Source of the DNA: an uncultured Acidobacteriota bacterium
GTDB lineage: Bacteria; Acidobacteriota; Thermoanaerobaculia; Multivoradales; UBA5704
Length of the DNA stretch: 64,000 bases
Direction: 5' to 3'
Assembly: GCA_963770895.1 (NCBI GenBank)
Contig: CAVYRF010000002.1
Location: 3,072,001-3,136,000 of the forward strand
Positions 56,536 to 64,000 of this stretch are shown here, one piece after another (the stretch's first letter is position 1; every line of letters starts with the position of its first letter). A program made the position numbers and the translations under genes. Under the pieces are notes generated by a model. The model saw only the letters and a program-made list of their open reading frames with translations. It made no database searches and had not been told where the DNA came from.

Positions 56536-59025
56536 ATGACCGCCCGAAAACCTGCGACCGCCCGCATTCACGTACTGTCGTCCGCCCGCCCCGGGAACCT
56601 GTCCCGGCGCCAGCGGCGGCAGGGGTTGTGGAGCCGCGCGCTCGACATGCCGTGGATCTGGGCGGCGCTGCTGGTGATCGCCGGCGGCCTGGCGCTCAGC
56701 CCCGAAGCGCTCCTGCAGGTGCCGCTGGCGCCGGCGCACCTGGCTGCCGGCAGCGTCGCCAGCCGCGACTACGTGGCCTCGCGCGACCTCATGCTGTACG
56801 ACGCCGCGGCCACCCAGGCCAAGCACGTCCAGGCGCGCGACCGCGTGATGCCGGTCTACGACTTCGACAGCGGCACGCTGGCGCTGCGCGACGCGCAGCT
56901 GGCGCAGCTGTTTGCGGCCGGGCGTGAGCGGCTGCCGGCGGCGCGCAGCGAAGCCGAGCGCGCAGCGCTGGCGCGGCAGCTCGCCGCGCCGGCGGGGCTG
57001 GCGGGGCTGGCGGGGATGGTCGCCGGCGGCGGCGCCGGCGCACGCACCGCCGGCGCGGTGGACGCGCTGCGGCTGGACCCCGACGCGGTGACGGTCCTGG
57101 TGCACAGCGGTTTTTCGGCCGAGCTGGAAGACCGACTGCGCGGCGTGCTGGCGCAGACCCTGCGGCGCGGCGTGGTGGAGGACAAGGCGCTGCTGCTCGA
57201 CAACCGCGTCACCGGCATCGTGCGGCGCAACCTGGGCGACGGCTCCGAGCAGACGCAGTTCAACCTCTTCGACTATCTGGGCTATCCCGACGAAGCGCGC
57301 GACTTCCTGGAATCGGAGGTGCGCGGCTGGAGCGGCCTGACCTATGCCGACCGCCATCGGCTGGCCAGCCTGCTGTTCGACAATCTTTCGCCCGACATGC
57401 ACCTCAACCGCACCGAGACGCTGGCGCGGCGCCGCGCGGCGGAGGACGCGGCGGGCGACGCGTTTTCGCAGATCCGCCGGGGACAGATCATCGCCCGCAA
57501 GGGCGACGTCATCGACGACGCCAAGGCGCGGCTGCTGCAGCAGATGCGCGGCGAGCGCCAGCCGCGTTCGTGGCTGCCCGAAACCGCCGGCACGCTGCTG
57601 CTGATGAGCCTGGCGGCGGCGGCGCTGTGGCTGGGGCTCGCCGGCCAGCGGGTGGCCGACCCCGGCGGCGCCAAGCACCGGCGGCTGTTCGGCGAAAGCG
57701 CGCTGCTGCTCGGCGCGACGCTGGTCGGCGAGCGCCTCTGCTTTCTGATCTGCGGCGCGCTCACCGGCGCCTTCCGGGTGCCGCCGTTCGACGATTGGCG
57801 CGGCTATGCGCTGGCGGTGCCGTTCGCGGCGCTCGCCATGTCGGCGGCGCTGCTGCTCGGGCGGCAGGCGGCGCTGGTGTCGGCGGTCCTGTGCAGCCTG
57901 CTGGCGGGACGCCTGGCGATCGAAGGCGAAGGCCTGTGGGTGGCCCTGTACGCCCTGGCGGGGTCGCTCGCGGCGATCTTCGTCGTCGAGCGGCTGCAGT
58001 TCCGCCAGCGCCTGGTGCTGCCGCGTGCCGGGCTCATCGTCGGCGCCGTCAACGTCCTCATGGCGGGAGTGTGGGCGGCGCTCGCCGCCGGTGCGCCGAC
58101 GGAAGCCCCGGTGCAGGCCCGGCTGTTTGAGATGGTGCTGGCGCTGGCCGGCGGGCTGCTGGCGGCGGCCGTCGCCGGCTTCACGGTGCCGATCCTGGAA
58201 GCGCTCCTGGGGATCACCACCGACATCAAGCTGGTCGAGCTGTCCAACACCAACCTGCCGCTGCTGCGGCGGCTGGCGTTCGAAGCGCCGGGCACGTTCC
58301 AGCACTCGCTGATGGTCGCCAACCTGGCCAAGGAAGGGTGTGAAGCGATCGGCGCCGACGCCGTGCTGGCCTATGCCGGCGCGCTCTACCACGACATTGG
58401 CAAGGTTTTTCGCGCCGACTACTTCATCGAAAACCAGCGGCCGGGGGAAAATCGCCACGACCGCCTGCTGCCCTCGATGAGCGTGCTGGTGCTGGTCAAC
58501 CACGTCAAGGAGGGCGCCGAGCTGGGGCGCCGCAATCACTTGCCGCAGGTGCTGCTGGACGCCATCGAGCAGCATCACGGCACGCGCCTGATGCGCTTCT
58601 TCTACGGCCGCGCTCTCGAGCAGCACGGGCGCGACGCGGCGGAGGTGCGCGAAGAAGACTTCCGCTATCCGGGGCCGCGGCCGCAGACCAAGGTGATGGG
58701 GGTGCTGATGCTGGCCGACGGCGTCGAAGCCGCCAGCCGCACGCTCACCGATCCGTCGCCGGCCAAGCTGCGCGGCCTGATCCGGACGCTGCTCGACGAC
58801 TGCCTGCAGGACGGGCAGCTGGACCAGACCGACCTCACACTGTCGGACCTGCGGGCGGTGTCGGAGGCGTTCCTGCGCGTGCTGGCGACCATCTTCCACC
58901 AGCGGGTGGACTACCCCGGCTTCGACTTCAATGCCGCCGGCGGCCCTGCGTCCACCGCCGTTTTCCATCCCGCCGGTGGCCGCGACAAGCCGCGGCCCGC
59001 GACCGGCGCCTTCAGGGTCTCCTGA
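56536..59025 (+). CDS. 7TM-HD membrane phosphohydrolase (PgpH/YqfF-like)
   Basis: Large extracytoplasmic domain, about 7 [40 protein letters not shown] and [10 protein letters not shown]. Confidence 0.92.
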   Translation: MTARKPATARIHVLSSARPGNLSRRQRRQGLWSRALDMPWIWAALLVIAGGLALSPEALLQVPLAPAHLAAGSVASRDYVASRDLMLYDAAATQAKHVQARDRVMPVYDFDSGTLALRDAQLAQLFAAGRERLPAARSEAERAALARQLAAPAGLAGLAGMVAGGGAGARTAGAVDALRLDPDAVTVLVHSGFSAELEDRLRGVLAQTLRRGVVEDKALLLDNRVTGIVRRNLGDGSEQTQFNLFDYLGYPDEARDFLESEVRGWSGLTYADRHRLASLLFDNLSPDMHLNRTETLARRRAAEDAAGDAFSQIRRGQIIARKGDVIDDAKARLLQQMRGERQPRSWLPETAGTLLLMSLAAAALWLGLAGQRVADPGGAKHRRLFGESALLLGATLVGERLCFLICGALTGAFRVPPFDDWRGYALAVPFAALAMSAALLLGRQAALVSAVLCSLLAGRLAIEGEGLWVALYALAGSLAAIFVVERLQFRQRLVLPRAGLIVGAVNVLMAGVWAALAAGAPTEAPVQARLFEMVLALAGGLLAAAVAGFTVPILEALLGITTDIKLVELSNTNLPLLRRLAFEAPGTFQHSLMVANLAKEGCEAIGADAVLAYAGALYHDIGKVFRADYFIENQRPGENRHDRLLPSMSVLVLVNHVKEGAELGRRNHLPQVLLDAIEQHHGTRLMRFFYGRALEQHGRDAAEVREEDFRYPGPRPQTKVMGVLMLADGVEAASRTLTDPSPAKLRGLIRTLLDDCLQDGQLDQTDLTLSDLRAVSEAFLRVLATIFHQRVDYPGFDFNAAGGPASTAVFHPAGGRDKPRPATGAFRVS

Positions 59026-59029
59026 GGCG

Positions 59030-59590
59030 ATGGCGCCCGTCCAGCCCGAAATCGTCTTGCTGAATCCCAACCGGTACCCCGAGGCCGCGGTGCGGCGGGT
59101 GCGGCCCTGGCTCGTGCCGCTGCTGGCGGCGGTGGCGCCGGACCGCGGCAGCCTGGCGGTGCGCTTCTGCGGCGAGCGGGCCATGCGGCGGATCAACCGC
59201 GACTTCCGCGGCCGCGACTACGCCACGGACGTGCTGTCGTTCCCCGGCGACGCCGACGACGCCGATGACGTCGGCGATCCCGGCAGCCCCGGCGACCACC
59301 GTGGCGGCCACCTGGGCGACATCCTGATCGCCGTGCCGGTGGCGCGGCGCCAGGCGGCGGCGGCCGGGCATGCGGCGGAGCGCGAGATCCGGGTGCTGCT
59401 GCTGCACGGCGTGCTGCACTGCCTGGGATACGACCACGAGGTGGACGACGGCGCCATGGAGCGCCTGGAGCGGCGCCTGCGCCGGCGGTGGATCGATGCC
59501 GCGGCGGCGGTGGGGGAGGAGCGGATGGCGGTGTCGGTGGCGGTCAGGCCCGCGGCGCGGGCGCGCGAGGGGAGGCGGCGTGCGGGCTGA
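59030..59590 (+). CDS. ybeY: rRNA maturation endoribonuclease
   Basis: NRDFRG.D.ATDVLSF, LGDI and HGVLHCLGYDH. Confidence 0.94.
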   Translation: MAPVQPEIVLLNPNRYPEAAVRRVRPWLVPLLAAVAPDRGSLAVRFCGERAMRRINRDFRGRDYATDVLSFPGDADDADDVGDPGSPGDHRGGHLGDILIAVPVARRQAAAAGHAAEREIRVLLLHGVLHCLGYDHEVDDGAMERLERRLRRRWIDAAAAVGEERMAVSVAVRPAARAREGRRRAG

Positions 59591-60902
59591 GGGCTTGCCG
59601 ATCGAGCCGCTGGTGTGGCTGGTGGCGGTGCTGGTGCCGGTGTCGGCGCTGGTGTCGGTGCTGTCGGCGCTGCTCGAACGCAGCGGTCCGATCCGGCTGC
59701 GCTATTGGGCCGAGGAGGCGGGCGGCCGGGTGCGCGCGCTGATCGACGACCCGGTGCGCTTCGGCGCCTTCCGGTCGCTGCTGTCGTTGGGCGGCCGGCT
59801 GCTGCCGATCGCGGCGTACGTCGCCACGGCAGCGCTGCTGGCGGCGCTCGGCCTGCCGCACGCCCAGCTGGTGCCGCTGGCGCTGGTGACGCTGCTGCTG
59901 GTGGCGGCCGAGGTGACCAACCGGGCGCTGGTCGTCCACGACAGCGAGCGGGCGCTGCGCGCGCTCACGCGGCTGTACCGCATCGCTCTGGTGCTGCTGC
60001 TGCCGCTGGTGGCGGTGGTGGCGGCGCTGGTGCCGCGCGACCGGCTGCGGCCGCGCGAGGAGCCCGAGGAAGACGAAGCCGCTTCGGACGAAGAGGTGGA
60101 GGCGTTCATCGACGTCGGCACGCGCGAGGGCATCATCGAGCCCGAGCAGGGCGAATGGCTGTCCAACATCGTCGAATTCGGCGAGGCGCAGGCGCGCAGC
60201 GTGATGACGCCGCGCATCGACATGGTGTGTGCGCCGGTCGCCGCCAGCCTCGACGCCCTGGCCGATCGCTTTCTGGAGTCCGGCCATTCGCGCCTGCCGC
60301 TGTACGCCGAATCGATCGATCACATTGTCGCCGTGCTGCACATCCGCGACCTGCTGCGCGCGCTGCGGGCGCAGCAGCCGGGCGACAGCGAGGCGCCGGC
60401 AAAGCAGGTGTTGGGCGACCTGCTCAAGGCGCCGCTGTTCATCCCCGAAACCAAGCTGCTGTCCGAGCTGCTCAAGGACTTTCAGGCGCGCTCGCAGCAG
60501 CTGGCGATCGTGGTCGACGAGCATGGCGGCACCGCCGGCCTGGTGACGGTGGAAGACCTGGTCGAAGAGATCGTCGGCGAGATCAGCGACGAGCATGAAG
60601 ACGGCCAGGCCGAAGAGACCAGCGAGATCGGCGACGGGGTGTGGCGGCTGGACGGGCGCGCCCACCTGGACGTCTTGGAAGAGCTGTTCGGCGTCGAAAT
60701 GGAAGAGGCGGAATATGAGACGGTCTCGGGCATGGTGTTCCACGCCCTGGGCCACGTGCCGCACCCCGGCGAGGTGGTGGAGCACGCGGGCCTGCGCTTC
60801 ACCGTCGAAGAGGTGCTGAACCGTCGCATCACCCGCCTGCGCGTCGAGCGCCCGGCGGAGGAAACCGAGCCGGCGCCGGCCGCCGAAGGGGCGCGGGCAT
60901 GA
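59580..60902 (+). CDS. Hemolysin/CorC family (CNNM-CBS-CorC) membrane protein
   Basis: TM region, VMTPRIDM, HSRLPLY, VDEHGGTAGLVTVEDLVEEIVGEISDE and a CorC C-terminal domain. Confidence 0.92.
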   Translation: MRAEGLPIEPLVWLVAVLVPVSALVSVLSALLERSGPIRLRYWAEEAGGRVRALIDDPVRFGAFRSLLSLGGRLLPIAAYVATAALLAALGLPHAQLVPLALVTLLLVAAEVTNRALVVHDSERALRALTRLYRIALVLLLPLVAVVAALVPRDRLRPREEPEEDEAASDEEVEAFIDVGTREGIIEPEQGEWLSNIVEFGEAQARSVMTPRIDMVCAPVAASLDALADRFLESGHSRLPLYAESIDHIVAVLHIRDLLRALRAQQPGDSEAPAKQVLGDLLKAPLFIPETKLLSELLKDFQARSQQLAIVVDEHGGTAGLVTVEDLVEEIVGEISDEHEDGQAEETSEIGDGVWRLDGRAHLDVLEELFGVEMEEAEYETVSGMVFHALGHVPHPGEVVEHAGLRFTVEEVLNRRITRLRVERPAEETEPAPAAEGARA

Positions 60903-60913
60903 AGGAGGGAGCG

Positions 60914-61819
60914 ATGAGCCGCTCAGGCACCGTGGCCCTGGTGGGGCGGCCGAACGCCGGCAAATCCACCCTGATGAACCGCCTGCTGCAGGAGAAGGTG
61001 GCGATCGTCTCGGACAAGCCGCAGACCACCCGCAATCGCATGGTCGGCATCCTGAGCGATCCGGAGCGCGGCCAGATGGTCTTTTTCGACACGCCGGGCC
61101 TGCACCGGCCGCTGCACCGCCTCAACCAGCAGATGGTGCGCCATGCCCTGGACGCCCTGGGCGACGCCGACCTGGCCTGCCTGCTGGTCGACGCGCACGA
61201 ACCGTTCGGTTCGGGCGACGCCTACATGCTGGAGCAGATGGGGCGGGCGCGGGGGCCGCGCCTGCTGGCGCTCAACAAGGTCGACCGGGTGCGCAAACCC
61301 GACCTGCTGCCGCTGATCGACCGCTACGCCAAGACCGGCCTGTTCGCCGAGATCGTGCCGATCAGCGCCGCGACCGGCGACGGCTGCGACCGGCTGCTCG
61401 CCGCGTTCTGGCAGCTGCTGCCCGAAGGGCCGCCGCTCTACGACACCGACCTGCTGACCACCCACCCCGAGCGCTTCCTGGTGGCGGAGCGCATCCGCGA
61501 GAAGGTTCTGCAGGCGACCGAGGAGGAGCTGCCCTTCAGCACCGCGGTGGTCATCGACAGCTGGCAGGACGACCCCGACCGCGAGCTGCTGGTGCTGTAC
61601 GCCTCGATCCTGGTCGAAAGGCCGGGCCAGAAGAAGATCCTGGTCGGCCGCCAGGGTCAGAAGATCAAGGCCATCGGCATCGCCGCCCGCCAGGACCTGG
61701 AAGAGTTTCTGGGCCGCCGCCTCTACCTGGACCTGCAGGTCCGCCTGGAGCCCGACTGGCGCGAAGACCGCGCCATCCTGTCGCGCCTGGACCGCGACGT
61801 CGACCTCAGCGGGGAATAG
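60914..61819 (+). CDS. era: GTPase Era
   Basis: GRPNAGKSTL, KPQTTR, DTPG, NKVD, ISA and a KH domain. Confidence 0.97.
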   Translation: MSRSGTVALVGRPNAGKSTLMNRLLQEKVAIVSDKPQTTRNRMVGILSDPERGQMVFFDTPGLHRPLHRLNQQMVRHALDALGDADLACLLVDAHEPFGSGDAYMLEQMGRARGPRLLALNKVDRVRKPDLLPLIDRYAKTGLFAEIVPISAATGDGCDRLLAAFWQLLPEGPPLYDTDLLTTHPERFLVAERIREKVLQATEEELPFSTAVVIDSWQDDPDRELLVLYASILVERPGQKKILVGRQGQKIKAIGIAARQDLEEFLGRRLYLDLQVRLEPDWREDRAILSRLDRDVDLSGE

Positions 61820-61834
61820 CGGCCGAACGGCAGG

Positions 61835-63280
61835 TCAGATGCGGATGCGCAGGGTTGCCAGCGCTTCGTTTTCGTTGATCACCTGCTGCGGGTCCAGGAA
61901 GATGCGGTTGTAGGAGTACTCGACCGTCAGGTCCAGGTCCATCCACAGCGCGATGCGCAGGCCGCCGTCGTACTTCTGCCAGTTCCACGCCAGGCTGGGT
62001 TCCGAGGTGGGGAACAGGTTGTGAAACCCGTCGTTGAGCTGTGAATAGCGCACCGCCGGGGCGATCGACCTGAACAGCTGGTGGCCGCCGGCGGCCCACA
62101 CCAGCGGCAGCTCGATGCGCCACGCCGCTTCCGCTTCGACGCCGGTGCGCGCCAAGCCGGCCACGCGCTGCGCGACCAGCTGCGAATAGAGCGACAGGCC
62201 GCTGTCGTGGTAGAGCCAGACGTTGAGGCCCAGCTCCTGCTTGGTGTCGCCGTGAAACGGCAGGATCGGCGCGCCGCCGGGGCCGACCAGGATCGCCAGG
62301 TCGCCGCCGATGGGGCTCCCCGGCAGGCCGATCGAGTTGGCCAGCGTGCGCTGGCGCCCCCACCCCATCACCTCCAGGCCGGTGCCGCCCGCTGCGTCCG
62401 CCAGGCGGTAGCCCAGGTAGCCGGCGTATTCGGGGTGCGCAAAGCTGATCGATTCGACGTGGGTGTCGTAGAGCACCACCATGCCGCTGTTGAGGCGCGC
62501 CTGGTCGTAGGAGCCGAGCAGGTCGGGGGTGTCGCCGGCCAGCGCGTTGGGATCGCGGATGAAGAGCGGATTGCCCTGGGTGAGCGCCGCCTTGACGAAG
62601 AAGTGGCGGCCCAGGTCGCCGCCCAGCTCGACGCCGGCGTCTTCCCAGCGGTCGAAGGCCGTCGTCACCAGGCCGTAGCTCTCCAGGTGGCGGTCGGCCT
62701 GCTGCTCGGCGCGGCGGAACTTGCCCGCCCGCACGTAGAAGCCCGGCGCCGCCGGCAGCACCGCCACGCGCGGCTCGCGCCCCCAGCGCACCCACAGCTC
62801 CGCCAGGTCGTACTGGCGATCCGTCGAGGTCGGATTGCGGTAATACAGATTCAAGCCGTCGAACCGCAGGTGGGCCTGGAACAGGGGCGACGCCTGGTAG
62901 TCCATCTGCAGCGACAGGCTGGACACTTCGCCGTGCGTCCCCGGATCGACGGTCTCCTGGTACGCCTGCTCGCCCCCCGAACCGGGATACGGCGAGCGCA
63001 GCGGAAACTGCGTGTCCTGGCTGTCGCGCAGGTTGACCTTGGCCTCCACGGCGACGTGGAACTTGCGCGGTGTTGGAACGGGGGTCGATGGGGTCGCGGG
63101 TGACGTTGGCGGCGGTTCCTGAGTCGGCACTGCTGCCTGCGGCTGCTCAGCCGCCTGGGACTGGGTCTGGGACTGCGGTTGCGCCGCCGCCTTGATGCCG
63201 CCACCGAGCAGCATGGCGATCGCGATGCCGAGCAAGGTCCAACCACCGCCGGAGACCGGCGTCCGCGCTGCGCACGTCAT
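61835..63280 (-). CDS. Putative outer-membrane beta-barrel (porin-like) protein
   Basis: Signal peptide, Gln/Pro linker, amphipathic strands and C-terminal LATLRIRI. Start set at ATG 63280 after GGAG. Confidence 0.7.
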   Translation of the reverse strand: MTCAARTPVSGGGWTLLGIAIAMLLGGGIKAAAQPQSQTQSQAAEQPQAAVPTQEPPPTSPATPSTPVPTPRKFHVAVEAKVNLRDSQDTQFPLRSPYPGSGGEQAYQETVDPGTHGEVSSLSLQMDYQASPLFQAHLRFDGLNLYYRNPTSTDRQYDLAELWVRWGREPRVAVLPAAPGFYVRAGKFRRAEQQADRHLESYGLVTTAFDRWEDAGVELGGDLGRHFFVKAALTQGNPLFIRDPNALAGDTPDLLGSYDQARLNSGMVVLYDTHVESISFAHPEYAGYLGYRLADAAGGTGLEVMGWGRQRTLANSIGLPGSPIGGDLAILVGPGGAPILPFHGDTKQELGLNVWLYHDSGLSLYSQLVAQRVAGLARTGVEAEAAWRIELPLVWAAGGHQLFRSIAPAVRYSQLNDGFHNLFPTSEPSLAWNWQKYDGGLRIALWMDLDLTVEYSYNRIFLDPQQVINENEALATLRIRI

Positions 63281-63818
63281 GTTTTCAGTCTCCACAGGTG
63301 GGTTGAATCTACGCCACGCGACCTGCTGTGAATAGGTACCCCCCGAGGCCGTCCGCGGTTCATCCCGCGGTGCGGCGCGCGCGGGGCCGGCCCGCGCCGC
63401 GACCCCGCCCCGACGTTTCGCCTGCCGTGCGGGTACCGGCGGGGGCTCTACTGGCATCGCTGGTGGTAGGTGGTATGGCGGCCGCGGCTCGGGATCTCGA
63501 GGTTCAGCCCGGGGGCCTTGACGGTTTCGCCGATCTTTCGCCTCCTGGACATTTTCCGCGAGTACTTCGTCGGGGCTATACAGGATTTCGAGCAGCGTGT
63601 TGTCGGGGAGCGCGGCTGAGATAACGCGCTCTTCGTGGATTGAGGCCATATGCCGACGAGCATACAAACTGGGTGCAGGAGCGAGAAGGTGGAGAAAGGG
63701 GCGCGCCGGTCATGCGCATATCGCCATAGTTACGTTGCGCGGCTCAAACGACACAGCTACCATTGCTTAGTTATTGTCGTTGTTGTCTGGCGCTATTACT
63801 TATGGAGGCGACGGAGCC

Positions 63819-64000
63819 ATGACTAGGCAGGGACTCTTACGGCTCGCCGCAGTTGCGTTCTTCACTGTAACCATTGCCTTTTATGTCATTTTGTCCCTGC
63901 CGATTTTTTTGTTGCTACGCAACCTCGGCTTATCCGATGTTCTGACCATCGGATCACCGCTCATTCAAATCTATTTCTTGGCCTGCATCATTCTCGTGGA
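63819..64000 (+). CDS. Hydrophobic membrane protein, 5' part only, AT-richer than the host
   Basis: GGAG then MTRQGLLRLAAVAFFTVTIAFYVILSLPIFLLLRNLGLSDVLTIGSPLIQIYFLACIILV, open to the end of the window. Confidence 0.55.
   Translation, partial: MTRQGLLRLAAVAFFTVTIAFYVILSLPIFLLLRNLGLSDVLTIGSPLIQIYFLACIILV

Noticed and set aside
56458-59196. Very long antisense or alternative-frame ORFs (this 912-aa one, 25487-28132, 25579-28317, 48389-50761 and others)
   Set aside because: They are Arg/Ala/Pro/Gly-rich shadows of well-supported genes, as expected from stop-codon scarcity in very GC-rich DNA.

Overview
Very GC-rich bacterial DNA, most likely Acidobacteriota (two tandem 'VWFA-related acidobacterial' proteins and Ala/Pro-padded proteins; class Thermoanaerobaculia is my inference). 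About 56 real CDSs or pseudogenes are present, and most entries in the supplied ORF track are shadow frames. From about 15 kb to 62 kb the window is mainly housekeeping: thrB-thrC-metB-like, uup, a lysC-lysA fusion, glpK, cinA-thpR-plsY-gpsA-guaA, lgt-thiD-ypdA, nnr-tsaE-hbd and phoH-HD hydrolase-ybeY-corC-era. The first 14.6 kb is accessory-rich. It holds two small Cys-rich peptide genes that the ORF track misses: an orphan lanthipeptide-like precursor with its own promoter, RBS and 3' hairpin, and an 8-Cys defensin-like (CxxxC...CxC) peptide. It also holds an exported asparaginase-2 plus GH47 mannosidase pair, an exact 38-bp intergenic copy of an internal asparaginase segment, a collapsed MerR-type metal operon, and a stand-alone SIR2-like NADase fused to six 43-aa TPR repeats (candidate anti-phage protein). 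Other points of note are a degenerate histidine-kinase-like protein behind a sigma54-type promoter, a frameshifted hicA, a B3 metallo-beta-lactamase and several apparently leaderless transcripts. I saw no rRNA, tRNA, CRISPR array, integrase or transposase. All calls come from reading motifs by eye, without database searches.
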